Below, in pieces: positions 21,343 to 33,320 of a stretch of DNA of 64,000 bases. How positions within the stretch are numbered: position 1 is the stretch's first letter; the number at the start of each line of letters is the position of its first letter. Where the stretch lies: assembly GCA_964035575.1 (NCBI GenBank), contig OZ037840.1, positions 1,550,001 to 1,614,000 on the forward strand, given 5' to 3'. Made by a program: the position numbers and the translations under genes. Source of the stretch: Rhynchopus sp. YZ270_cl-10. Lineage: Eukaryota. Below the pieces are notes generated by a model, which saw only the letters and a program-made list of their open reading frames with translations, was not told the origin of the DNA and ran no database searches.

Positions 21343-23754
21343 CAGGGCTATCGGTAAGAAGGGGTTTTGGGGGGCATCATATATCATATTTCATATTTCA
21401 AAATCATATTTCAAAAAAAAAAACCTAGGGTGGCTACACTAATACAACCAAGTTTTCAAAAAAAAAAAAACACGAGTTTACGGGCAAAAACCCATTCCGA
21501 GCTTTCGGCCCCGCACGTTGGCGGGGCATCTCCCCTCATATGTGGATATGTCCGGAAAATTTTCAGGAAAGTGCCGGGCAAAAACACATCAAAATGGGTC
21601 CGGACATATATCCACGGGGGGGATAGGTACTTAAAAAATGGAATTGAAAGCCGTGTTCAAAATCTTTCAATTGCGGCCAGGTACGATCAAACATTTGCAT
21701 CTGGGGTCACTTTACCGGTTGGAAAGTCCCAAAAACCAAAACTCAAAAGTGAGTCCAGGGATTACGCAGCTCCCCCAAAAATAAAAAAAAGTACGTATGG
21801 ATTTTCAACACGTACAATTCTAAGCAAAAACAATTCGCGCTTCGCGCGCGCTCTCCCTGGCAAAGTTAGTTGAGAAGGGCTGTGAAAGTTCGAAGAACTG
21901 GAGAAATCATCAGTCATGGCACTGGCGAAGCCACGGTACGCAACATTTCTAAAAATTGCGATTAAAATTGCCTACTATGTCACGGGAAGGGTGTACTGCA
22001 ATCTAGCGCCGCAGGCGCACGGTACGCTACTTTTTTTCTTTCGCCATGCTGCACGCTCCTTTTCCGGAAAAATAGAAAATTGTCTCCTACAAATAGGATT
22101 CTGTAGGGGGTAGGTGAGAGGTGGGGGCGGAGCCCCACCCCTCACCTACCCCACCCCAGCCCCAATCCAAAACCCAAATTACCTAAGTATGGACACGTAT
22201 GGATTCCACCTTTTCAAAAACAATTCACGTATGGATTTCCATACGTTCCACACGTGGAGCGTAATCTCTGAGTGGGTCCAAAAAACGGCTTGGGGTCTAA
22301 GGGGTTAACAAAAATTTAAAGTTTAAGGTGTACCTCTGCGAGCGTAGCGAGCGGGAAAAAAAATGAAGGTGTACCTCCGCGAGCGTAGCGAGCGGAAAAT
22401 TTTTAAGGTGTACTTCCGCGAGCGAAGCGAGCGGGGAAAAAATTGAAGGTGTACCTCCGCGAGCGTAGCGAGCGGAAAAAATTTTGAAGGTGTACATTAA
22501 ACTTTAAACAAGGGGGTACGCCCACTTTTGTCGTCATCCTAAAATACCCGAAATTGAGCCCAATTGCATTTCCGGATCGATTGCGGAAAGTGGTAGGGTA
22601 AATGAACAACACCAAATACCTACGCCCCCCCGTGCATATGTCCGTGTTGGTCGAGGCTCGGACATATACACATACTCAGTTCAGGTAGTATACTACAGTG
22701 TACAGCGGCAAAAACCCATTCCGAGCTTTCGGCTCCGCACGTTGGCGGGGCATCTCCGTTCATATGTGGCCTGGTAAACCCATTCCGAGCTTTCGGCTCC
22801 GCACGTTGGCGGGGCATCTCTGATCATATTTGGCCTGGTAAAAAAAATAGTATATTTTTTCTGGAAATATAGTACTCATATTTCCTGAGGTACCCCCAAT
22901 GCTGCTGAGGGATACGATTTCCCGAGCCGAAGGCGAGGGAAATCGTCGACCGAAGCAGCATTGGGGGTACCGAAGGAAATATGGTGCTATATTTCCAGAA
23001 AATTCATATTTTCATTTTCGGTAATATTGTCCCGACGCACAAATCCGCTCGTATTCTGTGTGTCAAAAAACCCCTGTTATGGTACAGTTCTTGTGTGTCA
23101 AAATGTGTATGTTGGTGTGCTGGAAGGAGAGGGGTTCAGATTCATTTATATGATGATATTTACCGACGTGGGGGATGGGGGTAGCTGGAACACTTTGTCA
23201 CTTTGGGACGTTGATCGTTATGTGGATGTAGGGTGTTTTTCAGGGGTATGTTAACCACGTGTGTGTCTTAGGGAACAAATTTTTCAGTAACGTGAACCAA
23301 TCGGGTCGCAATGGGTCCTGGGGGCCCGGAGGGCCCCCATGCAGGAAAAATTTTCACCAAGCCTGGGCAATGCTGGGGTGCCTATACATGTGTTTTCACG
23401 TGTTTTTGGGCACTTTTCAGGATTTTCGAAAAATTTTGCAACACCAAAATCGAAAATTTCGGTCTATTTTTCACTCTGCGACATGGTCAAAAAAAATTTT
23501 TTTTTGGCCGAAAAAATTATAATATTTCTATTTCGGATGTTACCCACGATTTGTGTACATTCTAATATTTCTGTGCCAAATATTATAATATTACCCGGTA
23601 CATGCAAAATTGGCTGTAAAGTAGCCGAAAATATAGAACCCATATTTCCAACGTCGCTGTAGGATTTGTGCAGAGGGACAATATTTCCGAAAATAAAAAA
23701 AATTTTTTTTTTTAAAAAGGCGATCATATTTCATATCTCTTACCGATAGCCCTG
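21343..23754. mobile_element. TIR element E3b nested in E3 (CAGGG end, 9-bp TSD)
   Basis: TIR CAGGGCTATCGGTAAGA / TCTTACCGATAGCCCTG. ATTTTATAC at 21334-42 and 23755-63. Contains a 46-bp direct repeat in three copies (21487, 22710, 22776) and tandem units of about 40 bp (22325-22495). Confidence 0.9.
22857..23002. repeat. About 146-bp fold-back palindrome with a GAA loop and regularly spaced GA mismatches
   Basis: TTTTCTGGAAATATAG..CATATTTCC..GGTACCCCCAATGCTGCT..ACGATTTCCC..GCC-GAA-GGC..GGGAAATCGT..AGCAGCATTGGGGGTACC..GGAAATATG..CTATATTTCCAGAAAA. Confidence 0.9.
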
Positions 23755-25615
23755 ATTTTATACTGCTTTTTTTTGCTCCGCAAAAAAAATATACAGTAGT
23801 ACTGAGTACACTATCAGTTTGGAGGAAATTTTTGAAAAATAAAAAAGGAAGTGGAAGGGGGCGAAGTTATTCGGTAACTTTTTCGGCACCTAAAATCTGG
23901 AAAAAAAGAAGTAATTTGGGAAAATGCCTATTATTTGGGGGGGAACTTATTCGGGGGCCCCTTTAGTTGCCATCTCAACCACACCTTTCCACATTTTTTT
24001 TATGGCAACATTTTTGTTGATCCCTCTGCCTATGCTCTCAATTGAATGCATATGTTGAAATCTTTTATATAACTTTTCTAAGATGTGAGCACACGAGAGA
24101 ACTCTAACATTTTTTTCAAAGGTTTCTTTTATATCATTGTTTTAAGGGGAAAACGTTTTTGTCACAAAGACGACCAAAGTATATTAACCTGCGGTCTGAA
24201 CACTTTGCGACCTTTTTTCCTGTGTAACTTTTAAGAGTTCACAACGTCATTTGTCAAAGATGTGAGCGCTAGAGGAGCACTCACTCATCTTGCACGTTTT
24301 ATTTCATTCCGGGTGTTGTTTGAGGATACCCCTTTTGTGGCCATTTTTTTGCCATATAATTATTTAGTCTTTTCCTATGGGATCATAATAGCATGGACCA
24401 TCCGTCGACTAACAAAAAAAAAATTGTTGTATGTTAGAAATTTCTGAAAATATCGTAAAAAGGAATGTATTATTTTCTATCAAATTTGCTGTTGTTTTTG
24501 CCTCATTTATGTGACGAAGTTGGTGTAGCGTTACCTTAAATAAAAAAAAAACGTTTATTTTTGTTGCTTCGAAAAAAAGCGATGTTTTCTTCTAAAAACT
24601 TGGGTACATTTTTAGTGCACTCTGTTTATACCGTAGCTGTAAATATATGTTGGGCCGTATTAATGTTAGGACGAGCAAGCCTTTTTTGGGCTGTCCCAAG
24701 ATTTTTTACGGTCCAACATATTTACAGTTACGGTACCTATTCCGTAGAATAGAGCGAAGATGAAATAATGTTTCTTGCTTCGACAAAAAAGCGATTATTT
24801 TTTTTTGCTGTTGATCACCTGTCTGGATTGTGAATGAGCTTTTCCCCTCTTTCTTGCTCGGGTGTTGTTTTCGATACAGGTTATCTACAGATTCCGTATG
24901 CATGTATTTTTTATGGGTTTTTTATACCACGAATATTATCCTATTTTAAAGGATTAATTTCAAGAGGCAAATCCTTAAATTGAAACCATGCGGAATATGA
25001 ATCTATCCTGTAAGTCATACTCGAATATTAGAGTTAGGGTAAATCGTGAAATGGGAAACGCGGTTGAAATGCTAATACTTGCCCGCCCCCAGATCACGTG
25101 ACGTACATGATATGAAGCAAAGCTTAAACAATGCACAGAGGTCTGCGCACACTTCTCTTTTGAGGGGGTTTTTTCATTTTTTTTTTTGCATATTTTAGCC
25201 GATAAAATCATATTTTATCCCGATACGTGAAACCAAAAGAAATTAAGTCGCATCCCCTTCCCCACATTCTTTCCCCCAATTTTCTCCCAAACTTCATTGT
25301 CTTTTCAATCCGAGACTTGCATTCCACATGGAGAGCACCTCCCTGCTGCAGCTATGTACGCCGTGGAGGTGTTTGTGGGTGGTAGTCATCCGTCAACCAC
25401 TGACTGTGTTGCAGTGTACGGTGATGTTCAAGCACACATACTTAATGTATTACGTTGTCGTTGGCGCGCTGTTTGATGCAGAGACGGCAATCAATCGACA
25501 CACACAACACTGACGGACCCCTTCTCCTTCGATCTGAAGTATGGTTATTTGCTCTCTCTGCTTCTCCAAAACCACAAAAAAATAGGGCCAAAAAAAAAAG
25601 TACAAAAAAAAAAAA

Positions 25616-27475
25616 ATGACAACCACCATCGATGTAGTGATCATAGGAGCAGGCCCTGCTGGTATGCAGATGAGCCGCTTCTTGGGGGAAAGCAAACGCA
25701 ACCACATTGTCCTTGAGCGTGGGGCACGTGTCGGGACCTCGTTCGAAACGTTCCCACGCCATAAGAAGCTGATCAGCCTGAACAAGAAGTACAACTACTT
25801 CACGGAGGCTGAGTACAATATGCGGCATGATTGGAACTCACTGCTGGGCGCGAACAAAAACGTCCCGGACTATACGGATGCACTCTTTCCGGATGCCTCT
25901 GTGCTGTCCGAACACCTTCACCAATTCCACAAGGACTTCTCCCTTCCCATCCGCTTCAACACTGAGGTGACGGACGTCGACAAACACAACAACGGATACG
26001 TTGTGCACACCATTTCATCAGGCAAACGGATGAGCTTCGCTTGCAACGTTCTCTTTGTCGCAACTGGCGCGCTAGCACCTAACATCCCACATCAGATTCG
26101 TGGGATCGAACACGCAGTAGGCTATGAAGATGTTGAGGTGGAAGATCTAACACAGTTCCGCAACAAAAGGGTATTAATCATTGGTGGAGGCAACAGTGCA
26201 TTCGAAACCGCAGACCACATGGCAGGCACAGCTGCGATCATTCATGTGTCCATCCGGAGGCCAATCAAGCATGCATGGGATACACACTTTGTCGGCGATC
26301 TGCGCGCAGTTAACAACGGAATCATCGATATGTACCAATTGAAAAGCCTGCACGCAACCATCGGAGAAACCCCCGTGAAAATTGAAAAAAACGGCCACAT
26401 TTATTCGGTCACATTTCACGACACAATCGGAAATGTTGACATCGCGGTCGGGGATTTGACACTCAAACGCGATTACGACTGTGTCATCCGATGCACCGGG
26501 TTTAGATGGGTTCCTGGGTTCTTTTCGTTTCCGGTTCCGCATCATTCGAATGGACGTTACCCCATTCTTTCTCCTACCTGGGAGTCGGAAGGAAACAAAA
26601 ACCTTTTCTTTATCGGAACCTCTATGCAGGCAAGAGACAAGAAGGCGGCTAGCGGATTTATTCATGGCTTCCGGTACAATGTGCGTTCGTTGTATTATGA
26701 GTTGGAACGGCGCATCTGGGGGACGCCAACACCGCAAAACGTCACTGCGCTAGAATTGAAGGGGGCTGAAGCGCTGTCGGAGTACGTTTGCAATCGGTTG
26801 ACTGTGACGGCGTCGCTCTTTCAGATGTTCACTGTGCTATGCGACGCCTTTGTTGTCAACGGAACCGACACAAACCTGAGGGTTGTCCACTACCAAGATC
26901 TCCCCAGAGAAGGAGTGTTCAACAGAGAATTATCCTTCCAAAAAGAACCCTGTGTATACATTGTGACCCTGCGGCTCGGGTTCCAGAAGTACCCCACCGA
27001 TTTTACGTCGAACAATTTTGTGCAGGATTCGGGAACGTTGAAAACTTCGTGCGGGGCCTTCTTGCATCCGGTAGTGGAGCACTACGTGAACGGAGAGTTT
27101 CAAGAGGAATACCATTTGTTTGAGACGTTGGATATTCGCTTCAATGTGCAGTTTAAACCGAATGAGTCGCATGCCACGATGAGTCAGATGCTGTTGACGC
27201 AGATTATTGAGTACACAAGAGGTGGAGGAGGAGGAGGAGGAGAAGTGGTGCCAGATTTGTTAAAGCTAGCGCTCCCCTCCGCGACCAACGCAGACAAGCG
27301 TGCTGTGTTCGCAAAGGTGTTCCCCATCAGAAACGAATGGAGCAATGCGCAACGAGGCCTCTGGAAGGAGCTGCATCTGAAGGAGTTGAAGGAAAGGCAC
27401 GACACAGAGTGTTCTTTCATAAGACTTCCATTGACAGAGGAGCAGGCGGAGGTGGTCAAGCGGTCGAAGCTGTAA
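25616..27475 (+). CDS. FOXRED2: FOXRED2-like FAD/NAD(P)-dependent oxidoreductase with C-terminal PTS1 (SKL)
   Basis: VVIIGAGPAG, FPRHKKLISLNK, MRHDWNSLL, VLIIGGGNSAFE, GDLRAVNN, RCTGF, SGFIHGFRY. Ends VVKRSKL*. Confidence 0.85.
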   Translation: MTTTIDVVIIGAGPAGMQMSRFLGESKRNHIVLERGARVGTSFETFPRHKKLISLNKKYNYFTEAEYNMRHDWNSLLGANKNVPDYTDALFPDASVLSEHLHQFHKDFSLPIRFNTEVTDVDKHNNGYVVHTISSGKRMSFACNVLFVATGALAPNIPHQIRGIEHAVGYEDVEVEDLTQFRNKRVLIIGGGNSAFETADHMAGTAAIIHVSIRRPIKHAWDTHFVGDLRAVNNGIIDMYQLKSLHATIGETPVKIEKNGHIYSVTFHDTIGNVDIAVGDLTLKRDYDCVIRCTGFRWVPGFFSFPVPHHSNGRYPILSPTWESEGNKNLFFIGTSMQARDKKAASGFIHGFRYNVRSLYYELERRIWGTPTPQNVTALELKGAEALSEYVCNRLTVTASLFQMFTVLCDAFVVNGTDTNLRVVHYQDLPREGVFNRELSFQKEPCVYIVTLRLGFQKYPTDFTSNNFVQDSGTLKTSCGAFLHPVVEHYVNGEFQEEYHLFETLDIRFNVQFKPNESHATMSQMLLTQIIEYTRGGGGGGGEVVPDLLKLALPSATNADKRAVFAKVFPIRNEWSNAQRGLWKELHLKELKERHDTECSFIRLPLTEEQAEVVKRSKL

Positions 27476-29226
27476 GAGACGATTCAGGGCACCCCCCCCC
27501 TTCAAGAAGGGGGAGAACGGCTTTGTATTTTTGATGAAATCGGCAGAATTGCTGTATTTTTTATGTACCCTAAGGTCCCTTCACTTCAGAAATCTAAGCA
27601 CAAAGAGAGAGGCTTAGGTTCATCTTTCCAATTTTTGTTTTCTTTTTCATTGATGACGTGGAGTTCCGCCCATTTTGGGTGGACTCCACCGTGTGGGGAG
27701 TATTTTTTCCCTTTCTACTTCTTTTTTCTTCGCTCTCCCCAGTCCTTTGGGACAAAAGGCAACTACCGTTGTGGGGTCTTTTCCCTTTTCGATTTGAATT
27801 TTTTTTTTAAATACCAAAGCTCCGCTGGCCATCGGAAATAGGTGCGTTCCTGCTAGCTTTTAGTTTAAAAAAAAAAGTTTCCACACAAACCAACGTTTTC
27901 TTTTAGTGTCTTAAGCACAATGTATCTTTGCAGAGTGACATAAAATTTACGAAAAAAAAAACTCTCCTTTGGGGCTGAAGGGGGGCTGATTCGCACTTTT
28001 GCCGCCCCCACCCCCATTCAGCCACACCACCCTTACTTTCTTCTTGCATTCTTTTCGTTTCGTTTAGAAAAGAATGTCTACGGTATATGAAATAATGTCT
28101 TCTCATTGATTGGCTACAACCAACCGGTGGTCGCTAATATTATTCATTTTAGCCTTTTTGACTGCGCATATGCTCTAGGGCCCATTATCAGTGCCCTAAC
28201 CTGCAACACAAGCAAAATGGGGTGACGGCATCATCCCCAAACAACCGTCTTTGTGACGAAGCAACCAAATTTTCAAACCCAACGTGTTCCGTCGCGATAA
28301 CGGATAAGTTGTAAAAGGATGTGTGTGTGTGTGTGTTTGACAACTAATCGGGATAATTCTTGCAGAATGGGGCCCCAATGTGTGTGTGTGTGTGGCACGT
28401 TGCTCTTTTTCTTATTTTGCTTACTATCGTGTCCGATGTATCCTGAAGGTTTTTGTTGTGTTTTATTATTGGACAAATACTGTGTGGTGTGAACTGATTC
28501 GAACGTCTGCGACTTTTTGTTTATTTCCTCTCTCCCTTTATTGTTCATTCACCTCATTTCTGTCCTTCGGGAAAAAGGGTTTCTCTCTTTTTTGGATAAA
28601 ACTCCATCTTTCGATTTGAAAATAATATCTTAATCTCTTTTTTGACATCCATTTATGGGTGTATAAAATCCCTTGACTGATGGTGCATATTGACGTGGGT
28701 CGCGTAGCCAACTATACAAAAGACGAACGGTTTCATAGTGTATCATTTCCTTCACAGCATGCATTTTTCGATAAAAACACAACAGCCTTAAAAAAACAGT
28801 GTGATTTTGTGTCCAAAAAAACTTTTCTCTTTTTTCTTTTCTTCTTTGCTTGCTATGTCTGTACTCCTTGTAAGAAGTCAGACCAGTACAGCTCCCCTAT
28901 ACCCCCCTCCTTAAGTGTTTTGTGAACTGTTGCAATTTTTTTTTTGGGAATGATATTTAACATCTGTGTGATCTGTGGGGGTGGGCAAACGTTCCAACAT
29001 TTCAACCTCTCTCTCCCCTTCTTTTGCGCTATTTCCCCTTCATCCCCCCCCCCCCCCCCGTTTTTTTGAATCAACAGCACATTGCATGCACAAGATTTTG
29101 GTGTTTTCTTTCCCCAGCTGATAAAACTCCATCCCACACCCAAACATTCACTCAAACATCCCCCATCCACTCAGCACACCGACACCCTGCTTCTCACACC
29201 GCCCCCTCTCAGACAGTGACCACACA

Positions 29227-30444
29227 ATGGAGATATGGTTTGAATGCACAACATCTGGACAACGCTGTGCTGCAGAGGTGGGGGAGGGTTGCAGTGCTGC
29301 AGATCTGCAGGAGCGTGCTGTTGCGGTGTTGTACCCACAGAGCGTGGTGTCTGCCGAGGCAGTGGGGCTGTGTGTGGATGGTGCTGATGGTGAGGTGCTG
29401 GCACCGGAGGTTCTGATTGCCCACACCGCACTGTGTGCAGGCGGGACTGTCCATGTGAGCAGACGGAAGCAGGACAGCAGTGGTGTGTGGGTGCCGAAGC
29501 GCTATACTGTGAGAGGCACCATCGGAGACGTATGCGAGGACACACTCGTAGTGGGTGGCGAACACGGCGTCACCATCAACCTCGTCACCACCGAGGTCAC
29601 ACCTCTCCCTCCCGTACGTGGCGTCGTACCTCGGTTCTACATGGTTCTCATGCCACACCACATCGTCTACTGTGATGCAGTGTGCAATGCTGTGTACTTT
29701 AGACTGCGTGACAGCGGTGCAGAGGGTGTGGTCCTTATGGCACGCACGGTGCAGAGCCTTGTGGGCATGCGGGTCACCGAGGCTGTGCTGGTTGGGACCA
29801 GTAAGAAGATCGTACAGTACTCCTGTGAGGGGGTGAAGATGCGCACCATTGATCACTCTGGGTACTCCTTTGCAGTGTCACCCTGCGAGACCCTGCTCTT
29901 GACCAACCACCGTGCCGTTGTGGTGCACCGTCTGGACACCCCTGAGCTGCGTGAGGTGCACCGTGTGGACACAGGGCTGGGTGGGTCGTTCTCGTTTCAG
30001 TCGTCATTTTCGCCCGACGCAAGCCTCGCAGTGTTGAGCTGTGGCGACAAGGACACCGTCCGCACCATTGACATCGTCTCTGGGAAGGCCCTCTGCACAC
30101 TGCCCAATGGAGAGGACAAGATACGTGCAGCCTGCTTCAGTGCGTGCTCGCGATACCTCTTCACGGCTACTAACACGAGTGTGCAGCAGTGGGATGCACG
30201 CAGTGGAGCCCCCATGGGATGCACCAACTACAATTTTGCGTGGTCTGTGCATGCCTCGACAGACGGGTGCAGGCTGGTTGTTGTCGGAAGCGTTACCTCG
30301 GTGCTTGACATTGCTGCCATCAACATGCAGGTGTCAGAGCAGGACGCCCTGCAACATGGTCCACCTCGTCCCCTTCCCATTCCCAGTCCCAAACGAACTG
30401 TTGTGGCAACGGAGTCACGCTGCAGTGGGTGTGTGTGTTCGTGA
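29227..30444 (+). CDS. UBL-like N-terminus + WD40-like beta-propeller + CaaX tail protein, copy 1
   Basis: The N-terminal ~80 aa has a beta-grasp-like pattern (inferred). WD-like blades SFSPDASLAVLSCGDKDTVRTIDIVSG and ACFSACSRYLFTATNTSVQQWDARSG, a Pro-rich linker, and the end CSGCVCS*. Confidence 0.8.
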   Translation: MEIWFECTTSGQRCAAEVGEGCSAADLQERAVAVLYPQSVVSAEAVGLCVDGADGEVLAPEVLIAHTALCAGGTVHVSRRKQDSSGVWVPKRYTVRGTIGDVCEDTLVVGGEHGVTINLVTTEVTPLPPVRGVVPRFYMVLMPHHIVYCDAVCNAVYFRLRDSGAEGVVLMARTVQSLVGMRVTEAVLVGTSKKIVQYSCEGVKMRTIDHSGYSFAVSPCETLLLTNHRAVVVHRLDTPELREVHRVDTGLGGSFSFQSSFSPDASLAVLSCGDKDTVRTIDIVSGKALCTLPNGEDKIRAACFSACSRYLFTATNTSVQQWDARSGAPMGCTNYNFAWSVHASTDGCRLVVVGSVTSVLDIAAINMQVSEQDALQHGPPRPLPIPSPKRTVVATESRCSGCVCS

Positions 30445-32213
30445 AGGGGAGGGTGTGGCGACATTGGTAGAGGGAGCATGGGCTGACTGCAAGGTGACTC
30501 ACTCTGCTGCATACGACGAGGAGAATGGAAAAAGCAGATGACAGAGACAGAGGTGCGGGCAGAGACGAGACGGAAGGAGTAGACAACTAACACAGGACAG
30601 TGGGGAAACCCATATCATCTTGCGGGCGGAAAGCGAAGAGCCCGTTTCCCCCAAATGAGGAAAGGTCGACTGTTGAACGAATGGACAGTATATGAAATTG
30701 AGAATAGTACTTCTCTCATCATATCCTGAAGTCAGTTTCTAATATTCTTCTCGAACTTTTTGCACAAGAAATCTGTACCCACTGTGGTTCAAAGATCACC
30801 AGCGGGGATGTCGAGACCTCGAAAAAACGATTTTGAAAGTATCGAAATTGTATTTCACATTTTGTCGAGACTCGAAAACACCCAAAACCACATGTCGCTC
30901 TGCACAAAGATCATCATACCACTGTGTGTATCGGTTTGTGTTGTTGCATCTTGCTTTCCCTTTTATGAGGTGACGAAGCACAGAGAGGCTTAGGTTCATC
31001 TCAACTCTTCTCTGTGTTACCCCTTCTCTTGAACATGCAAAGCAAAGGCTTCGGTGAGGCTGCTTACCCAACCAAAGGATGTTGCAGCCATCCTATCTTC
31101 TCTCATGGGTCTTGCAGCAGCACGGTGCCTCTTTGTTTCAGTCGGGTGTGCACAACATGCACACTCATCTTTCATTCACAGTAAGTCACCCACCAAGGTG
31201 GGTACTTGGCGGGAATAAGATTTACCACACGAGAAGAAAGAAAAGAAAACGAAAACAAGAACCCATCCCCAAACCATTTTCGACCTCACACAACCCCTCC
31301 CTATGTGTTCTTGGATCACTGCAGACCGTATTGTAGATAGGAGGTGCACATTCATCTTACAAAAGCAACCTTTGTTCCATTCACTCAAACGTCCCCCATC
31401 CACTGTTGGAAGCGAACAACAAACAATTTTTTCCCCCCGTTTATAGTCTTTTGAGCAACAAGCAAAGAGGAACGAGTCTCTCGAGCATTTTTCTTCTTTG
31501 CTTGCTATGTCTGTACTCCTTGTAAGAGGTCAGACCAGTACAGCTCCCCTATACCCCCCTCCTGAAGTGTTTTGCGAACTGTTACAATTTTTTTTGGGAA
31601 ATGATATTTAACATCTGTGTGATCTGTGGGGGTGGGGAAACGTTCCAACATTTCAACCTCTCTCTCCCCTTCTTTTGCGCTATTTCCCCTTCATCCCCTC
31701 CCCCCCGTTTTTTGAATCAACAGCACATTGCATGCACAAGATTTTGGTGTTTTCTTTCCCCCAACTGATAAAACTCCATCCCACATCCCTTTTTCTCGTT
31801 TTTTCCCCTACTCTCCGAAGTTTCCCTCAGGATAGCTTGGAACCAAAAAAAAGGAGTTACGCCAAGGTAAAGCGAATGATTGCAGGAATTGGGGAAATCG
31901 CTTCCTCCAGGGAGGTTATATATATTGATTTCCGATTGGTGTATGGGTGTTCTGTGTTTCTTCGTCTCAGTTAGGAGGGCAAGGGTAGCGTCTGCCAGCT
32001 CTATGCAGTATCATGCCCCTCGGGTTGGTCCGCCTCAACGTTGTGGCAAAAGTACAGAGTCTTTTATCATGACTTTTGCACCAAGCTCTCCCCTGCAACT
32101 GTTTTTCCTGCAATTGGATATTAGATTTCTGTTCACCCTTGGTCCTTTTAGATTGTGGCATGCATAGTTTTTTTTCCTCTCTTTTTTCTTGCCCTCCACA
32201 ACAGAGCTACAAT

Positions 32214-33320
32214 ATGACTATATGCAAGGACAACGCCATTGCAGCTCTTCGTGGCTTGGGTGTGACGGAGGTGACGGAGGAGCGCTTCAAAGCCCTGGAG
32301 GACCCCAAGCTGATCCATCTGTTTCTGCAGGCGGAAGTTGTGACTGAGTTCCGGAAGGCGTTCAAAGGCTTCTTAGAAGGCGCCCCGTTCGAGGAGCTTG
32401 ATTTCAGCGATGTCCCAGGTGTGCGGAAAATAGGCCACTGCTTCCTCAGCAGATGCACCGCATTGAGAACCCTGAATCTGTCTGGGTGGCGCAGCGTCAC
32501 GCAGGCTGAGTATGGCTTCCTCTCCAACTGCACCGATTTGAGAACACTTAACCTGTCTGGGTGGAGCAGCGTCACGCACGTTGGGGACTACTTTCTCGAC
32601 AACTGCAGATCCTTGAACACCGTGGACCTGTCTGGGTGGGAAAATGTTACGCATATCGAGAAGTACTTTCTCTTCAACTGCATTGCATTGAGCTCTATCG
32701 ACTTATCGAAGTGGAGGCGAGTCACGCAGGTTGGGGACTCTTTTCTCTGCAACTGCCGCGTATTGGCCACTGTTGAGCTGCCTAGGTGGAATGTCACGCA
32801 GGTTGGGGACTCCTTCCTCTCTTGCTGCAACTACTTGAGAACCCTTGACTTGTCTGGGTGGAGCAATGTGACGCAGGTGGGGCGCGACTTTCTCTCCAAC
32901 TGTCTTGCATTGACCGCTGTAGACCTGTCTGGGTGGAGAAGTGTCACGCAGGTTGGGGACTGTTTTCTCTGCAACTGCAGCTCATTAACAACAGTTGACC
33001 TATCAACGTGGAGCAACGTTACGCAGATTGATAAGTACTTTTTCTCCAGCTGCATCGCATTGACCAGCCTTGATTTGTCTCGGTGGAACAATGTGACCAA
33101 GGTTGATGAGTACTTCCTCTCCAGCTGCAGCTCATTGAAAACACTGAACTTGTCTGGGTGGGCGAGGGTGACGGTGATTGGCACAGCATTTCTAAAGGGG
33201 TGTAGTGTACGTACAAAGCGTATCGACGTTACCGCAGCCAGCAGTGTTGTGACGGCAGTGTGTGCGAACAGGACGGAACCAATCAAGGACAATACCAAAC
33301 GACGGTGCGTGTGCATGTGA
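32214..33320 (+). CDS. Leucine-rich repeat protein (about 10 x 25-aa repeats) with CaaX tail
   Basis: Repeat LxxLDLSGWxxVTQVGDxFLxNCxx; ends KRRCVCM*. The ATG follows a pyrimidine tract and ACAG, a possible trans-splice acceptor. Confidence 0.9.
   Translation: MTICKDNAIAALRGLGVTEVTEERFKALEDPKLIHLFLQAEVVTEFRKAFKGFLEGAPFEELDFSDVPGVRKIGHCFLSRCTALRTLNLSGWRSVTQAEYGFLSNCTDLRTLNLSGWSSVTHVGDYFLDNCRSLNTVDLSGWENVTHIEKYFLFNCIALSSIDLSKWRRVTQVGDSFLCNCRVLATVELPRWNVTQVGDSFLSCCNYLRTLDLSGWSNVTQVGRDFLSNCLALTAVDLSGWRSVTQVGDCFLCNCSSLTTVDLSTWSNVTQIDKYFFSSCIALTSLDLSRWNNVTKVDEYFLSSCSSLKTLNLSGWARVTVIGTAFLKGCSVRTKRIDVTAASSVVTAVCANRTEPIKDNTKRRCVCM

Larger units (their letters stand above)
21191..23965. mobile_element. 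TIR element E3, outer member of a nest
   Basis: TAAAGGGGCCCCCCGAATAAGTTC ... GAACTTATTCGGGGGCCCCTTTA. A paralogous empty site GGGAACAGTGTTGCCA lies at about 18676-18691. Confidence 0.8.

Noticed and set aside
22290..22310. piggyBac-like end GGTCTAAGGGGTTAA
   Set aside because: No matching opposite end found.
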